Below are positions 55,492-63,882 of a stretch of DNA of 64,000 nucleotides, one piece after another. The notes beneath the pieces were generated by a model, which had not been told where the DNA came from, ran no database searches, and was given only the letters and a program-made list of their open reading frames with translations. This DNA comes from Patescibacteria group bacterium (GTDB lineage: Bacteria; Patescibacteriota; Gracilibacteria; Peribacterales; Peribacteraceae), in NCBI GenBank assembly GCA_018814875.1, contig JAHIYH010000041.1, positions 13,958 to 77,957 of the forward strand, given 5' to 3'. Both the position numbers and the translations under genes were made by a program. Each line of letters opens with the position of its first letter. The stretch's first letter is position 1.

Positions 55492-57267
55492 TTAAGATAC
55501 TTGAGAGTATTTTGGAATGGTGGAACTCTTGGACGACGACTTCTTCCGAATGGTCGGAGCAGATGATGATTCGATGTTTCTTAGACATTTTTTTATCTGA
55601 GGATTCAATTTTTTAACGACGTAAGAATGCGTTCCATAATCCACTCCTTCCGGAATCAATGTGGTCCAATAACGGAAGCGTTCATTATCATCTGTCATCA
55701 TCTTTGCAACCAGTGCATCTTGTCCACCGCTTCCTAAATGAAGAATCTGCGGGGCATTGATACCTGTATTGGCATATCCTCGTATAGATGGTTCGCGGTA
55801 CGCAGATACAGCAGCATTACGAAGTCTTCCATCATCTCCGTTTTCCAGAACTCGTTTTGTATCCTCTTCTGATGACTCGTTAAGTACTACTTCTTTGTGG
55901 CCGGTAAGCACTTGTCCCTTTTCACGGCACCAGACTCGGTTGTACATAATTGCAGACAGGCAGTAGAACTTACCCGCATTAATTGCTTTTTTGTATAGTG
56001 GTTGTAATACAGTGGGTAGCGCGGAAATGAGATGGTCTAGTTCCTCTTTATAGTCTTCTTTTGTTTGTGGGTCATCTGTTTTTTCTACTGGATTTTCTGA
56101 TTGGTATTCACGTAAATACCACTTCATGGAAGAGAGCTTAATTTTATCCTTTTCAGATAGCGGTTCCGATTCAGCTTGTTTGATTATTATTGCAGCCGAT
56201 TCCCAATCTTGGCTGTCTAATTCACGTCGGATTGCTAAGAGTATTGGATTTTCAGTTGCCACATTTACAAATCGTTTCTCGGCTTCTCCTACGTAGGCAA
56301 GGCGTTTAGTGTAGTGCCAATCTAGGAATTTATCGGTGGTAACAAAGTGAAAACCACGGGGCTCATCTCCTTTCTTGCGCTCATTTTCAATCTTATCGAA
56401 GCGATTTTGTACGCTGCTCCAGCGATTAATCATTCCGGATAGAGAAGAGGCGCCACTTCCGCTAACGAATTTTTCAATTTTGTCATTCGACGCGTTGCTC
56501 TTGAAGATGCGGTGCAGCCACATTCCTACTTTCTTGGACGAGAGCACTTTGCTACTCGCTGCACTTTCCAGAATGGTCTTGGCCTTCCGGAAAAGATTTT
56601 GCTGAAGTCGTTTCTCGGCTTCTATTGCACCCAATGCTTCACTTACCGCATTGCGCCAGTCTTTATATTTTTTCAGTGACGTCTTTTCTCCTATTACATT
56701 TTTGACTGCTGGGATATCTGCAAACATGCGGTTTTGTTTCACAGAATTTTTGACTTTCTCTATATCGCGCGTGAGCGTTTCCCAGTTTGCTACCATATGG
56801 GGAAATTTTTCGTAGATGAATTTCTCCTTCTCCCACCATGGGATTTTTTTTGATTTGATCTTATCGTGCCAGTACATCGCCGTTTCATGCGTAATGGTAT
56901 CTCGAGAATGAGCAGTGGCGAGCATGCCATAAAAAACATCTTCTGCTCGTGATATATTTTCCATTGTACGTGGAATAAATTCCGATATATTTTCCTCTAA
57001 TGCCTCTTTTTTTTGTGCGTAAGTTACTTTTCCTGCGAGTGTGAGTTTTGAGTCTGTGAGGATATCCTCGTATGCCTTAAGATCTCTTTCGGTAAACAGT
57101 TCCGAACTTGTAACAAATCGTTGAAGTTTTTGTGTACAGAGCCTGCGTAAATTTTCACATTCGGATTGAGTCTTATAATCTTCCATCGTATCGGCTCCAT
57201 CTTCTCCTTTTGCATTGATTATTGGAGAGTGTGTGGAGTTGCCCTCTTTATGGGTTACAGTGGACAT
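55492..57267 (-). CDS. Hypothetical protein (591 aa)
   Basis: A long ORF, Lys/Glu-rich, with no motif I can assign. Confidence 0.65.
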   Translation of the reverse strand: MSTVTHKEGNSTHSPIINAKGEDGADTMEDYKTQSECENLRRLCTQKLQRFVTSSELFTERDLKAYEDILTDSKLTLAGKVTYAQKKEALEENISEFIPRTMENISRAEDVFYGMLATAHSRDTITHETAMYWHDKIKSKKIPWWEKEKFIYEKFPHMVANWETLTRDIEKVKNSVKQNRMFADIPAVKNVIGEKTSLKKYKDWRNAVSEALGAIEAEKRLQQNLFRKAKTILESAASSKVLSSKKVGMWLHRIFKSNASNDKIEKFVSGSGASSLSGMINRWSSVQNRFDKIENERKKGDEPRGFHFVTTDKFLDWHYTKRLAYVGEAEKRFVNVATENPILLAIRRELDSQDWESAAIIIKQAESEPLSEKDKIKLSSMKWYLREYQSENPVEKTDDPQTKEDYKEELDHLISALPTVLQPLYKKAINAGKFYCLSAIMYNRVWCREKGQVLTGHKEVVLNESSEEDTKRVLENGDDGRLRNAAVSAYREPSIRGYANTGINAPQILHLGSGGQDALVAKMMTDDNERFRYWTTLIPEGVDYGTHSYVVKKLNPQIKKCLRNIESSSAPTIRKKSSSKSSTIPKYSQVS

Positions 57268-57431
57268 AGCCAGAGCATTTTACGGGAATATTGAGGGCAT
57301 TCAATGGTGGTAGGGGAGATTTTATCATCAAAGTTCCAAGTTCCAAGTACCAAGTTCCAACACTATTTGGCACTTGGAACTTTTTACTTGGAACTTCTCC
57401 CATGAGTCGAGAAAAGTGATACTCTTTAACC

Positions 57432-58025
57432 ATGATACTTTCAGATAGAGACATTAAATCTGCCATTGAAGAGGGGCGTGTAAAAATTGAGGGTACAAAG
57501 CCTTACCATATTCACGCTAGCTCGATGGATTTGCATTTAGGAGAAACTTTTAAGTTATATGATCACAGTAAGTTCTCGCTTCTAGATCCAAAAGATCCAA
57601 AAACGTTTACTGGAAATATGAGGATGATACATGTGTCAGAAGGCGAGTCGTTTGTTGTTCAGCCAGGCGAATTTGTTTTGGGTGTAACTCAAGAGAAAAT
57701 AACAGTTCCAGATGATCTGGTAGTTCGGGTTGAGGGGCGAAGTTCACTCGGACGTCTTGGAATTATTGTCCATTCAACCGCTGGCTTTGTAGATCCGGGA
57801 TTTAGCGGAACTATCACATTAGAAATCAGCAATCTAAATCGACTGCCAGTGGCACTCTATCCGGGAATGCGTGTGTGTCAGATTGCATTTGAACAGATGA
57901 CAAGTCCGGCAGAAACTCCTTATAACAAAAAGGCTCATAGTAAGTATCAAGGTCAGGTACTTCCAGAAGAGAGTAGGTTGGATGCAGATCCTGAATTTCA
58001 ACTGAGTAAACCCCAAGTCATATAA
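57432..58025 (+). CDS. dcd: dCTP deaminase
   Basis: MILSDRDI ... G.SSLGRLG ... GF.DPGF.G..TLE motifs. Confidence 0.93.
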   Translation: MILSDRDIKSAIEEGRVKIEGTKPYHIHASSMDLHLGETFKLYDHSKFSLLDPKDPKTFTGNMRMIHVSEGESFVVQPGEFVLGVTQEKITVPDDLVVRVEGRSSLGRLGIIVHSTAGFVDPGFSGTITLEISNLNRLPVALYPGMRVCQIAFEQMTSPAETPYNKKAHSKYQGQVLPEESRLDADPEFQLSKPQVI

Positions 58026-58164
58026 ATCCCAAAAAACAAAAAACAAAACCCAAAAATCTCCGATTGGGCGTTTGGGATTTGGTTTTTGTGATTTTGGATT
58101 TTTTCAAATACAGTCTAGTTATTGATCTATAATCTAGAAAGGTTTAAAAGTGCCCCCTAGACCC

Positions 58165-58193
58165 TTGACTTTTCCGCTTTAATTTGCTAAAAA
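58165..58193 (+). promoter_or_regulatory. Candidate nhaA promoter, TTGACT-17-TAAAAA
   Basis: -35 at 58165-58170 and -10 at 58188-58193. This would give a ~90-nt leader containing hairpins. Confidence 0.4.
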
Positions 58194-58292
58194 GTGTGAA
58201 CTTTCTGCTTTGGCAGGGGTATGTTCTTTGACATATAGGAAGCATGTGTATGCTCCCATTTCGGTTTCTTCACTCGAACGGAGGTGTGACCA

Positions 58293-59429
58293 GTGGTACA
58301 AAAAGGAATACGCATTTTGTTTGAGTTCTCGGGGTTCCTTATTGGTGGGACCTTGATTGCTCTGGTGTGGGCCAATGTTGCCCATCACTCCTACGAGTAC
58401 ATTGCTCATGAGATGCATTTCTTCGTGAATGACATTCTCATGGCTTTCTTCTTCGCTTTGGCGGGGAAGGAGGTTTGGGAAGCGATGCTTCCCGGCGGTG
58501 TTCTCTCTTCGCCACGCAAGGCGGCGATGCCGCTACTTGCAACGGTTGGTGGTATGACAGGACCAATATTGATATATGTTGGTGGATGCCTACTACTGCA
58601 GAGAATGGATTTAGTTCGTGGATGGGCCATTCCTTGTGCAACCGATATTGCGTTCAGCTATTTGGTGGCACGTATCGTATTTGGCGCGAAGCATCCGGCA
58701 ATTCCATTCCTACTGTTACTGGCAATCGCCGATGATGCAGGAGGGCTAATCATCCTAGCAACGTGCTATCCAACTGGAGATGTAAACGCCTTGGCGTTCT
58801 TCGGATTGGTGTCTTTGGCAATTGTGTCGGGATTAATGATGAAGAAAGCTGGGATCAAGTCTTTCTGGCCGTATCTAATCATTGCCGGTCCGATTAGTTG
58901 GTGTGGATTTCACTTCGGTGGTATTCACCCGGCACTCAGCTTGGTTCCAATCATTCCGACTTTGCCACACGCGAAGCGAGATCTCGGACTCTTTGCAGAG
59001 GAAGGTCAACCAGTGCACCAGCACGATGCACTAAATGAGTTCGAGCACTGGTGGAAGAATCCAGTGGAGCTAATTCTCGGTCTGTTTGGTTTTGTGAATG
59101 CTGGAGTTGCGTTTGGCAGCATCGGCTTACCGACCGGACTCGTTTTTGCAGGTTTGCTGATTGGTAAACCATTGGGAATTACACTCTTCGCTCTTCTTGG
59201 TCGCCTCTTTGGGTTGACTCTTCCGGATGGAATGAATATGCGGGACCTTGTCACTCTGGGGATGGCAGCTGCAGTTGGGTTCACAGTGGCACTCTTTGTG
59301 TCTACTGTCGCTTTCCCTGCAGGAGAGAACCTTGAAGCTTCTAAGATGGGGGCTTTGGGCTCCTTTGCAGCTTTCTTACTAACGATCATCGTTGGTCGTG
59401 TGTTGCGGGTACAACGGGTAGAAAGGTAA
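58293..59429 (+). CDS. nhaA: Na+/H+ antiporter NhaA
   Basis: 378 aa. Contains the family motifs FF..AG.E and LLLLAIADD.GG.IILA (the conserved DD pair). Confidence 0.9.
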   Translation: MVQKGIRILFEFSGFLIGGTLIALVWANVAHHSYEYIAHEMHFFVNDILMAFFFALAGKEVWEAMLPGGVLSSPRKAAMPLLATVGGMTGPILIYVGGCLLLQRMDLVRGWAIPCATDIAFSYLVARIVFGAKHPAIPFLLLLAIADDAGGLIILATCYPTGDVNALAFFGLVSLAIVSGLMMKKAGIKSFWPYLIIAGPISWCGFHFGGIHPALSLVPIIPTLPHAKRDLGLFAEEGQPVHQHDALNEFEHWWKNPVELILGLFGFVNAGVAFGSIGLPTGLVFAGLLIGKPLGITLFALLGRLFGLTLPDGMNMRDLVTLGMAAAVGFTVALFVSTVAFPAGENLEASKMGALGSFAAFLLTIIVGRVLRVQRVER

Positions 59430-59518
59430 CGCTTCCGCGTCAGAGAACCTAAGCCGTGATCCCTCGGGATTGCGGCTTTTTTAGTATTCAAAAATGGCTC
59501 GTCATGAGAAGTAACGAA

Positions 59519-59595
59519 TGGTGGACGATACTGGATTCGAACCAGTGACCTTACGGATGTGAACCGTACGCTCTAACCAGCTGAGCTAATCGTCC
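59519..59595 (-). tRNA. tRNA-Val (CAC)
   Basis: The reverse complement reads GGACGATTAGCTCAGCTGGTTAGAGCGTACGGTTCACATCCGTAAGGTCACTGGTTCGAATCCAGTATCGTCCACCA. The cloverleaf is canonical, with anticodon CAC and an encoded CCA. Confidence 0.95.
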
Positions 59596-59742
59596 ATAGA
59601 GATAGGCTATAACCATCGGCTTAGGTCGATAATCGTACAAGCTGGCGAAGAATACCAGTTAGAGATAGTTGTTTCCACGAAAAGTCCGTCTTCATTACAA
59701 AAGCAGCCTATTTCGAGGCCACTTATATACTAAGAATATTCT

Positions 59743-59823
59743 TTAGAAGAGTGAAACACCGATAAGAATAGCAACGATGATTCCTCCTATGATGGCGAGA
59801 ATGCCGAAGAGTTTGCTGTTCAT
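59743..59823 (-). CDS. Very small hydrophobic ORF (26 aa), speculative
   Basis: Encodes MNSKLFGILAIIGGIIVAILIGVSLF, a single TM-like peptide. No clear SD or promoter is visible. Confidence 0.2.
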   Translation of the reverse strand: MNSKLFGILAIIGGIIVAILIGVSLF

Positions 59824-60142
59824 AATGTAGATGGGGTATTAACAGAACTATGGTACATTATTTTGTTGTATGAGCACCAGAGTAAGTTTCAAGGTCCGAG
59901 TAATAAGTTCCAAGGTACAAGTTCCAAGTGCCAAGATTCGAATTTGGAACTTGATATTTGGAACTTTTTTGTTTGGTCTTGCTTCAGCCATGGAATCCAT
60001 TACCTACCTTACCTACCTTACCTACCTTACCTACCTTACCTATCTTACCTACCTTACCTACCTTACCTACCTTACCTATCTTACCTACCTTACCTTCTTT
60101 ATCTTTCCAAAGGATTTTGCCATGTTATGGTAGTATCTTCTT

Positions 60143-60772
60143 ATGATTTCTCCCGACCGCATCCTCTACGAAGATGATCACCTCCTTGCTGTGAACAAAC
60201 GCAGTGGGGAATTAGTGGTAAAAGGAAAGGGGAAAGTGGAAAAGTTACCGCTATTTGATTTTCTTAAGAAGGATTATCCGGGGCTGCGAGTGATGCACCG
60301 TTTAGATTTTGAGACGTCTGGGGTTGTTGTATTTGCGAAAGATAGGGCTGGGGCTGGGGCTAGGGCTGGGATGCAGAAGAAGTTGTATAGGGCTTTGGTT
60401 GTTGGAAGAGTTGCTCAAAGAAGTGGAGTGATAGATAAGAAGCTTGCAGCAAGAGGGCAGGGGAATGTAGAAGCTTCTACAAAATATAAGGTTCTTAAAT
60501 GTTGGAAAGATTTGAGCTACATAGAAGCCGAGATTGAGACTGGTCGGCATCATCAAATAAGAAAGCACTTTGCGAATATTGGGCATCCTTTAGTTTTGGA
60601 TAGTGTTTATGGTGACGAAAAGTTCAATAGGAAGTTTGGACGGGAGTTTAAAATGAGTAAGTTTTTCCTGCACGCATTTTCGGTTGAGCTGAAACATCCG
60701 ATTACGGGAAAGAATTTGAGAATCGAAGCTCCTATGCCGATGGCGTTTGAGTCTGTTCTTGCAAAGTTATAA
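60143..60772 (+). CDS. RluA-family pseudouridine synthase
   Basis: HRLD.ETSG catalytic motif and GR.HQIR.H. A GGGCTGGGG word repeat inside the CDS (60343-60370) encodes RAGAGARAG. Confidence 0.9.
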   Translation: MISPDRILYEDDHLLAVNKRSGELVVKGKGKVEKLPLFDFLKKDYPGLRVMHRLDFETSGVVVFAKDRAGAGARAGMQKKLYRALVVGRVAQRSGVIDKKLAARGQGNVEASTKYKVLKCWKDLSYIEAEIETGRHHQIRKHFANIGHPLVLDSVYGDEKFNRKFGREFKMSKFFLHAFSVELKHPITGKNLRIEAPMPMAFESVLAKL

Positions 60773-60945
60773 AAAAAGCCCCCGATGCGGGGCTACACTG
60801 CTTCGTCTTGTTTGGGCTGACGAAGCTGCCCACCCATTAGGGCTCTTCCCCGCAAACATTGGGGGTTGATATGAAGGACACTCTTCTTGCGCGAGAGCGC
60901 AGTCCGCATCGGGGTTCCCATTGCTAATCAAGTAGCAACAGGAGT
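60772..60945 (-). ncRNA. Candidate sRNA unit 1 (promoter TTGACT-16-TACAAT; GC hairpin plus U7 terminator)
   Basis: Minus strand: -35 at 60978-60973, -10 at 60956-60951, a 5' CGCTCACTCC, the hairpin TTGCTA/TAGCAA, the box GGGAACCCCGA, and a terminator at 60793-60771. An 11-bp long-range helix pairs 60914-60904 with 60790-60780. Confidence 0.5.
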
Positions 60946-61015
60946 GAGCGATTGTAGGTCGTTAAGAGCTACAGTCAAGAACTTTTCAAATTAATCTAGA
61001 AGCTAGCAGCTAATT

Positions 61016-61174
61016 AAAAAAGCCCCGAGGTGAAGGGCTTTATCATGCTTACATTAGCACCGTCGTTCCAAGCCTGAAAGGCTACCACAGGAGAGACGTC
61101 CAATTTGATTGGAAATAAAATCCTTTCACGATCACCTCGGGGTCCCCGATCGTACATAAAGAGACGATCAGAGT
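61016..61174 (-). ncRNA. Candidate sRNA unit 2 (promoter TTGACT-16-TAGAAT; hairpin plus U6 terminator)
   Basis: Minus strand: -35 at 61207-61202, -10 at 61185-61180, a 5' TGCTCACTC, the hairpin GATCGT/ACGATC, the box GGGGACCCCGA, and a terminator at 61038-61016. An 11-bp long-range helix pairs 61142-61132 with 61033-61023. Confidence 0.5.
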
Positions 61175-61262
61175 GAGCAATTCTAAGCTTCGCTTTAAAG
61201 GAGTCAATAACTTTTCAAACTAAGCTAGAAGCTAGCAGCTAAAAGCTATAAGCTAGTCCCGC

Positions 61263-62222
61263 ATGAGAGTCCTCTCTGGAATCCAACCCTCCGGCCAACT
61301 ACATCTAGGCAACTACTTTGGGTCTATCAAACCAAATCTTGATCATGTTGCAAAAGCAGATCAGAGCTTCTTCTTTATTGCAGATTTGCATGCTCTTACA
61401 ACTGTGCAGGATGCCGTGGCCCTCAAGCAAGCGCGGGAGGATATTATTTTGGATTACCTTGCATGCGGGTTTGATCCCGAGAAGGCGATCATCTTTGAGC
61501 AATCACAAATTCCTGAACATACGGAGTTGATGTGGATTCTTTCTACGGTTACTCCAATGGGGCTTTTGGAGCGGGCGGTGAGTTATAAGGATAAAGTACA
61601 AAATGGCATTCCGGCTTCTGCGGGGCTTCTCATTTATCCTGTTTTGATGGCTGCGGATATTCTCCTTTATGATGCGACACACGTTCCTGTTGGGAAAGAT
61701 CAGAAGCAGCATGTGGAGATGGCGCGGGATATTGCGCAGAAATTTAATACTATCTACAAGAAGGATGTACTCACAATTCCTGAGCCTGTAATTCGTGAAG
61801 ATGTGGCTGTTGTTCCCGGAACGGATGGACGCAAGATGAGCAAGAGCTACGGTAATACCATTCCGCTATTTGGAGACGAAAAAGTGATCAAGAAAGCAGT
61901 TATGGGAATGGTTACGGATTCTAAAGGTCCTAACGATCCAAAGGATCCTGAAAAGTCGACTATCTTCCATATCAATAAGCTACTTCTTTCTGACGAGAGC
62001 GCGGCGAAATTGGCAGAGGAATACAAAGCAGGAATTGCTTATGGAGATGCCAAGAAACGTTTATTGGAGGACTTGATGACATTCCTCAAACCATTACACG
62101 AGAGGCGAGCGAAGCTTACTGCTAAGGATGCACATAAGGTTCTTGAGGCAGGCAAGAAGCGTGCCGAATCGGTTGCACGTGGAACAATGGCACAGGTGCG
62201 GGTGGTGGTGGGGTTGGGGTAG
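61263..62222 (+). CDS. trpS: Tryptophanyl-tRNA synthetase
   Basis: 319 aa. SGIQPSG.LHLGNY, the KMSKS motif, and a length typical of TrpRS. Confidence 0.95.
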   Translation: MRVLSGIQPSGQLHLGNYFGSIKPNLDHVAKADQSFFFIADLHALTTVQDAVALKQAREDIILDYLACGFDPEKAIIFEQSQIPEHTELMWILSTVTPMGLLERAVSYKDKVQNGIPASAGLLIYPVLMAADILLYDATHVPVGKDQKQHVEMARDIAQKFNTIYKKDVLTIPEPVIREDVAVVPGTDGRKMSKSYGNTIPLFGDEKVIKKAVMGMVTDSKGPNDPKDPEKSTIFHINKLLLSDESAAKLAEEYKAGIAYGDAKKRLLEDLMTFLKPLHERRAKLTAKDAHKVLEAGKKRAESVARGTMAQVRVVVGLG

Positions 62223-62239
62223 GTTGAATTACGAAAAAA

Positions 62240-62347
62240 GTCTGAACCACGGATTAAAGGGATTACACTGATTACACGGATTATTTACTTAGATTCGGAT
62301 GCTTCATCTGTGAAATCCGTGCAATCTGCGTAATCTGTGGTTCAGAC
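62240..62347. mobile_element. REP/MITE-like palindromic element E5 (termini GTCTGAACCAC ... GTGGTTCAGAC; no GC core)
   Basis: GGATTAAAGGGATTACAC-type arms lie in inverted orientation between trpS and the convergent STAS gene. Confidence 0.55.
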
Positions 62348-62352
62348 AATTT

Positions 62353-62396
62353 AAAAAAACCGACCTCGCTCACTCCCGAAGGAGCAATGAGGCCGG
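62353..62396 (-). terminator. Intrinsic terminator of the STAS gene
   Basis: On the minus strand the long stem CCGGCCTC...GAGGTCGG, which has a G-U pair only on this strand, is followed by seven U. Confidence 0.7.
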
Positions 62397-62425
62397 TGTA
62401 CGTATGATGCTGATCATGATGCGAG

Positions 62426-62791
62426 TCAGAAAGATGCGAGGGCATCGGCTTCGGTTTTCCTGATGTCGAACATTTTGTCGAGACTGGCGAGCTCGAATAG
62501 CTCAGTAATCGGTTGATTCATGTCAGACAGTCGCAGATATCCACCTTTTCTGCTCATTCTTTTGCGCAGGGTGATGAGCTTGCCTAACACCCTAGAAGCC
62601 AAGAACATTACTGGTTCAAAGCTGACAACCAAGCTTATGGTATCCGGCTTAGCTGCCAGATCGAATAGCTCTTCTCCAATCTTATCAATGAGCATGTCAT
62701 TGAGGATTTTCTTGTCCACTAACGTGGCGACAGTTACGTGTCCGACAACCCTTACTTTGATTGTTCGGTATTCAGCTTCCGAACTCACCAT
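62426..62791 (-). CDS. STAS-domain protein (anti-sigma-factor antagonist-like)
   Basis: 121 aa with a SpoIIAA-like layout. There is a GGAGG SD 7 nt upstream. No partner kinase or phosphatase is in the window. Confidence 0.8.
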   Translation of the reverse strand: MVSSEAEYRTIKVRVVGHVTVATLVDKKILNDMLIDKIGEELFDLAAKPDTISLVVSFEPVMFLASRVLGKLITLRKRMSRKGGYLRLSDMNQPITELFELASLDKMFDIRKTEADALASF

Positions 62792-62849
62792 GGCATTTCC
62801 TCCTTGTAAATGATCAGCACCTGAACCGGACCACCCGATTATAAATGAT

Positions 62850-62877
62850 AATGTACGCTGATAAGGGATTGTGTCAA
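62850..62877 (-). promoter_or_regulatory. Promoter TTGACA-16-TACATT for the STAS gene
   Basis: Minus strand: -35 at 62877-62872 and -10 at 62855-62850. Confidence 0.55.
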
Positions 62878-63035
62878 TGGTGCAAAAGAAAATAGGAGAA
62901 ATAAAGGCAATGAAGAAATCCTCTTTTTCTTCTATTACTTATATTCCCTTTATTCCCCCAAATAAGGTGCAAATCCAGCACTTAACTAAATGCTCAATAT
63001 ATGCTATAATAATAACTGAAATACCCACAAAAACT

Positions 63036-63773
63036 ATGCCACATGCACAATCCAAACTTATAGTAACCATGCTCATGGGAATCCTAACGGCCCCATTGGC
63101 AGCGAATATTTTTCTTACTGACAGGGAAGAAGCAGGAAATCTCTCCAGTTCGATTGTTGATGTAAAGGACGCAGTGTCAATGAGAAGGGACACCGCGCGT
63201 GCCATTCAGGATAGAACACGGGATCGTTTGCAACAGCGACAATACTGGAGTGCTATGAAGGTATATCAGAATATGCTCAGAGATGGAGTAGAGGGTATGA
63301 CACCACCCGATGTAAACGATTATCAGTCGATCTTACTATATTTAGAAGGTGATAAGAATGTGGCCGCAGCAAGTGAACTTGTACATTCGGCTGCGGAGGA
63401 TGAAGATGTAATTGAAGAAGTGGTTGAGGAAGAAGTGGAGGATATTCCTACAAGTAGCCTGATGGTGGAAGACTTGGGAATGGAGCAGCGTCATTTGCTC
63501 AGGCGTTATGAACGTGCGAATAATTGTCCGGAAAGCCTCAAGAATTATTGGTTGGAGGGATTTTATGAACTGTGTCTTTCTGTTACAAAAGCTCCAACGA
63601 CCGAGCCTCGAAGAGGACTTATGAATGTGATGGAGTGGTTGCGAGGACGCAATGCAGCTCCAGCTCCTACAATGAAGCTTAGAATGCAGATGCTCGAGCA
63701 AGCCCTTGATCGCTCCAATAGAAGGGAATCGGAGGAACCGGGGAGACCTGCTCCTTATATAAAACAGGACTAG
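63036..63773 (+). CDS. Hypothetical secreted/membrane-anchored protein
   Basis: I start at MPHAQSKLIVTMLMGILTAPLAANIF (signal-like), followed by an acidic central stretch. The ORF-track start at 62871 translates a word repeat. Confidence 0.55.
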   Translation: MPHAQSKLIVTMLMGILTAPLAANIFLTDREEAGNLSSSIVDVKDAVSMRRDTARAIQDRTRDRLQQRQYWSAMKVYQNMLRDGVEGMTPPDVNDYQSILLYLEGDKNVAAASELVHSAAEDEDVIEEVVEEEVEDIPTSSLMVEDLGMEQRHLLRRYERANNCPESLKNYWLEGFYELCLSVTKAPTTEPRRGLMNVMEWLRGRNAAPAPTMKLRMQMLEQALDRSNRRESEEPGRPAPYIKQD

Positions 63774-63882
63774 GGGCGCTCGCTAGTCCGCTAGTTCGCT
63801 TGTTAGCAGCGACGCGGCAGAGCTACTTCGTTTTGTCGAAAATATTAAATCTAAAAAACCTTTTGTTGTACAATTATATCGC

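Noticed and set aside
60810-61160. 42-codon and 47-codon ORFs inside the two sRNA-like units.
   Set aside because: The peptides are unrelated. The nucleotide box conserved between the units (GGGRACCCCGA) is read in different frames, so conservation is at the RNA level. Dual function cannot be excluded.
60775-61262. A T-box or other plus-strand leader regulating trpS.
   Set aside because: The promoters (TTGACT-16-TANAAT) and the U-tract terminators read correctly only on the minus strand. No T-box sequence or specifier-loop architecture is seen on the plus strand. A GTGGTAGCC resemblance to the T-box core is on the wrong strand.
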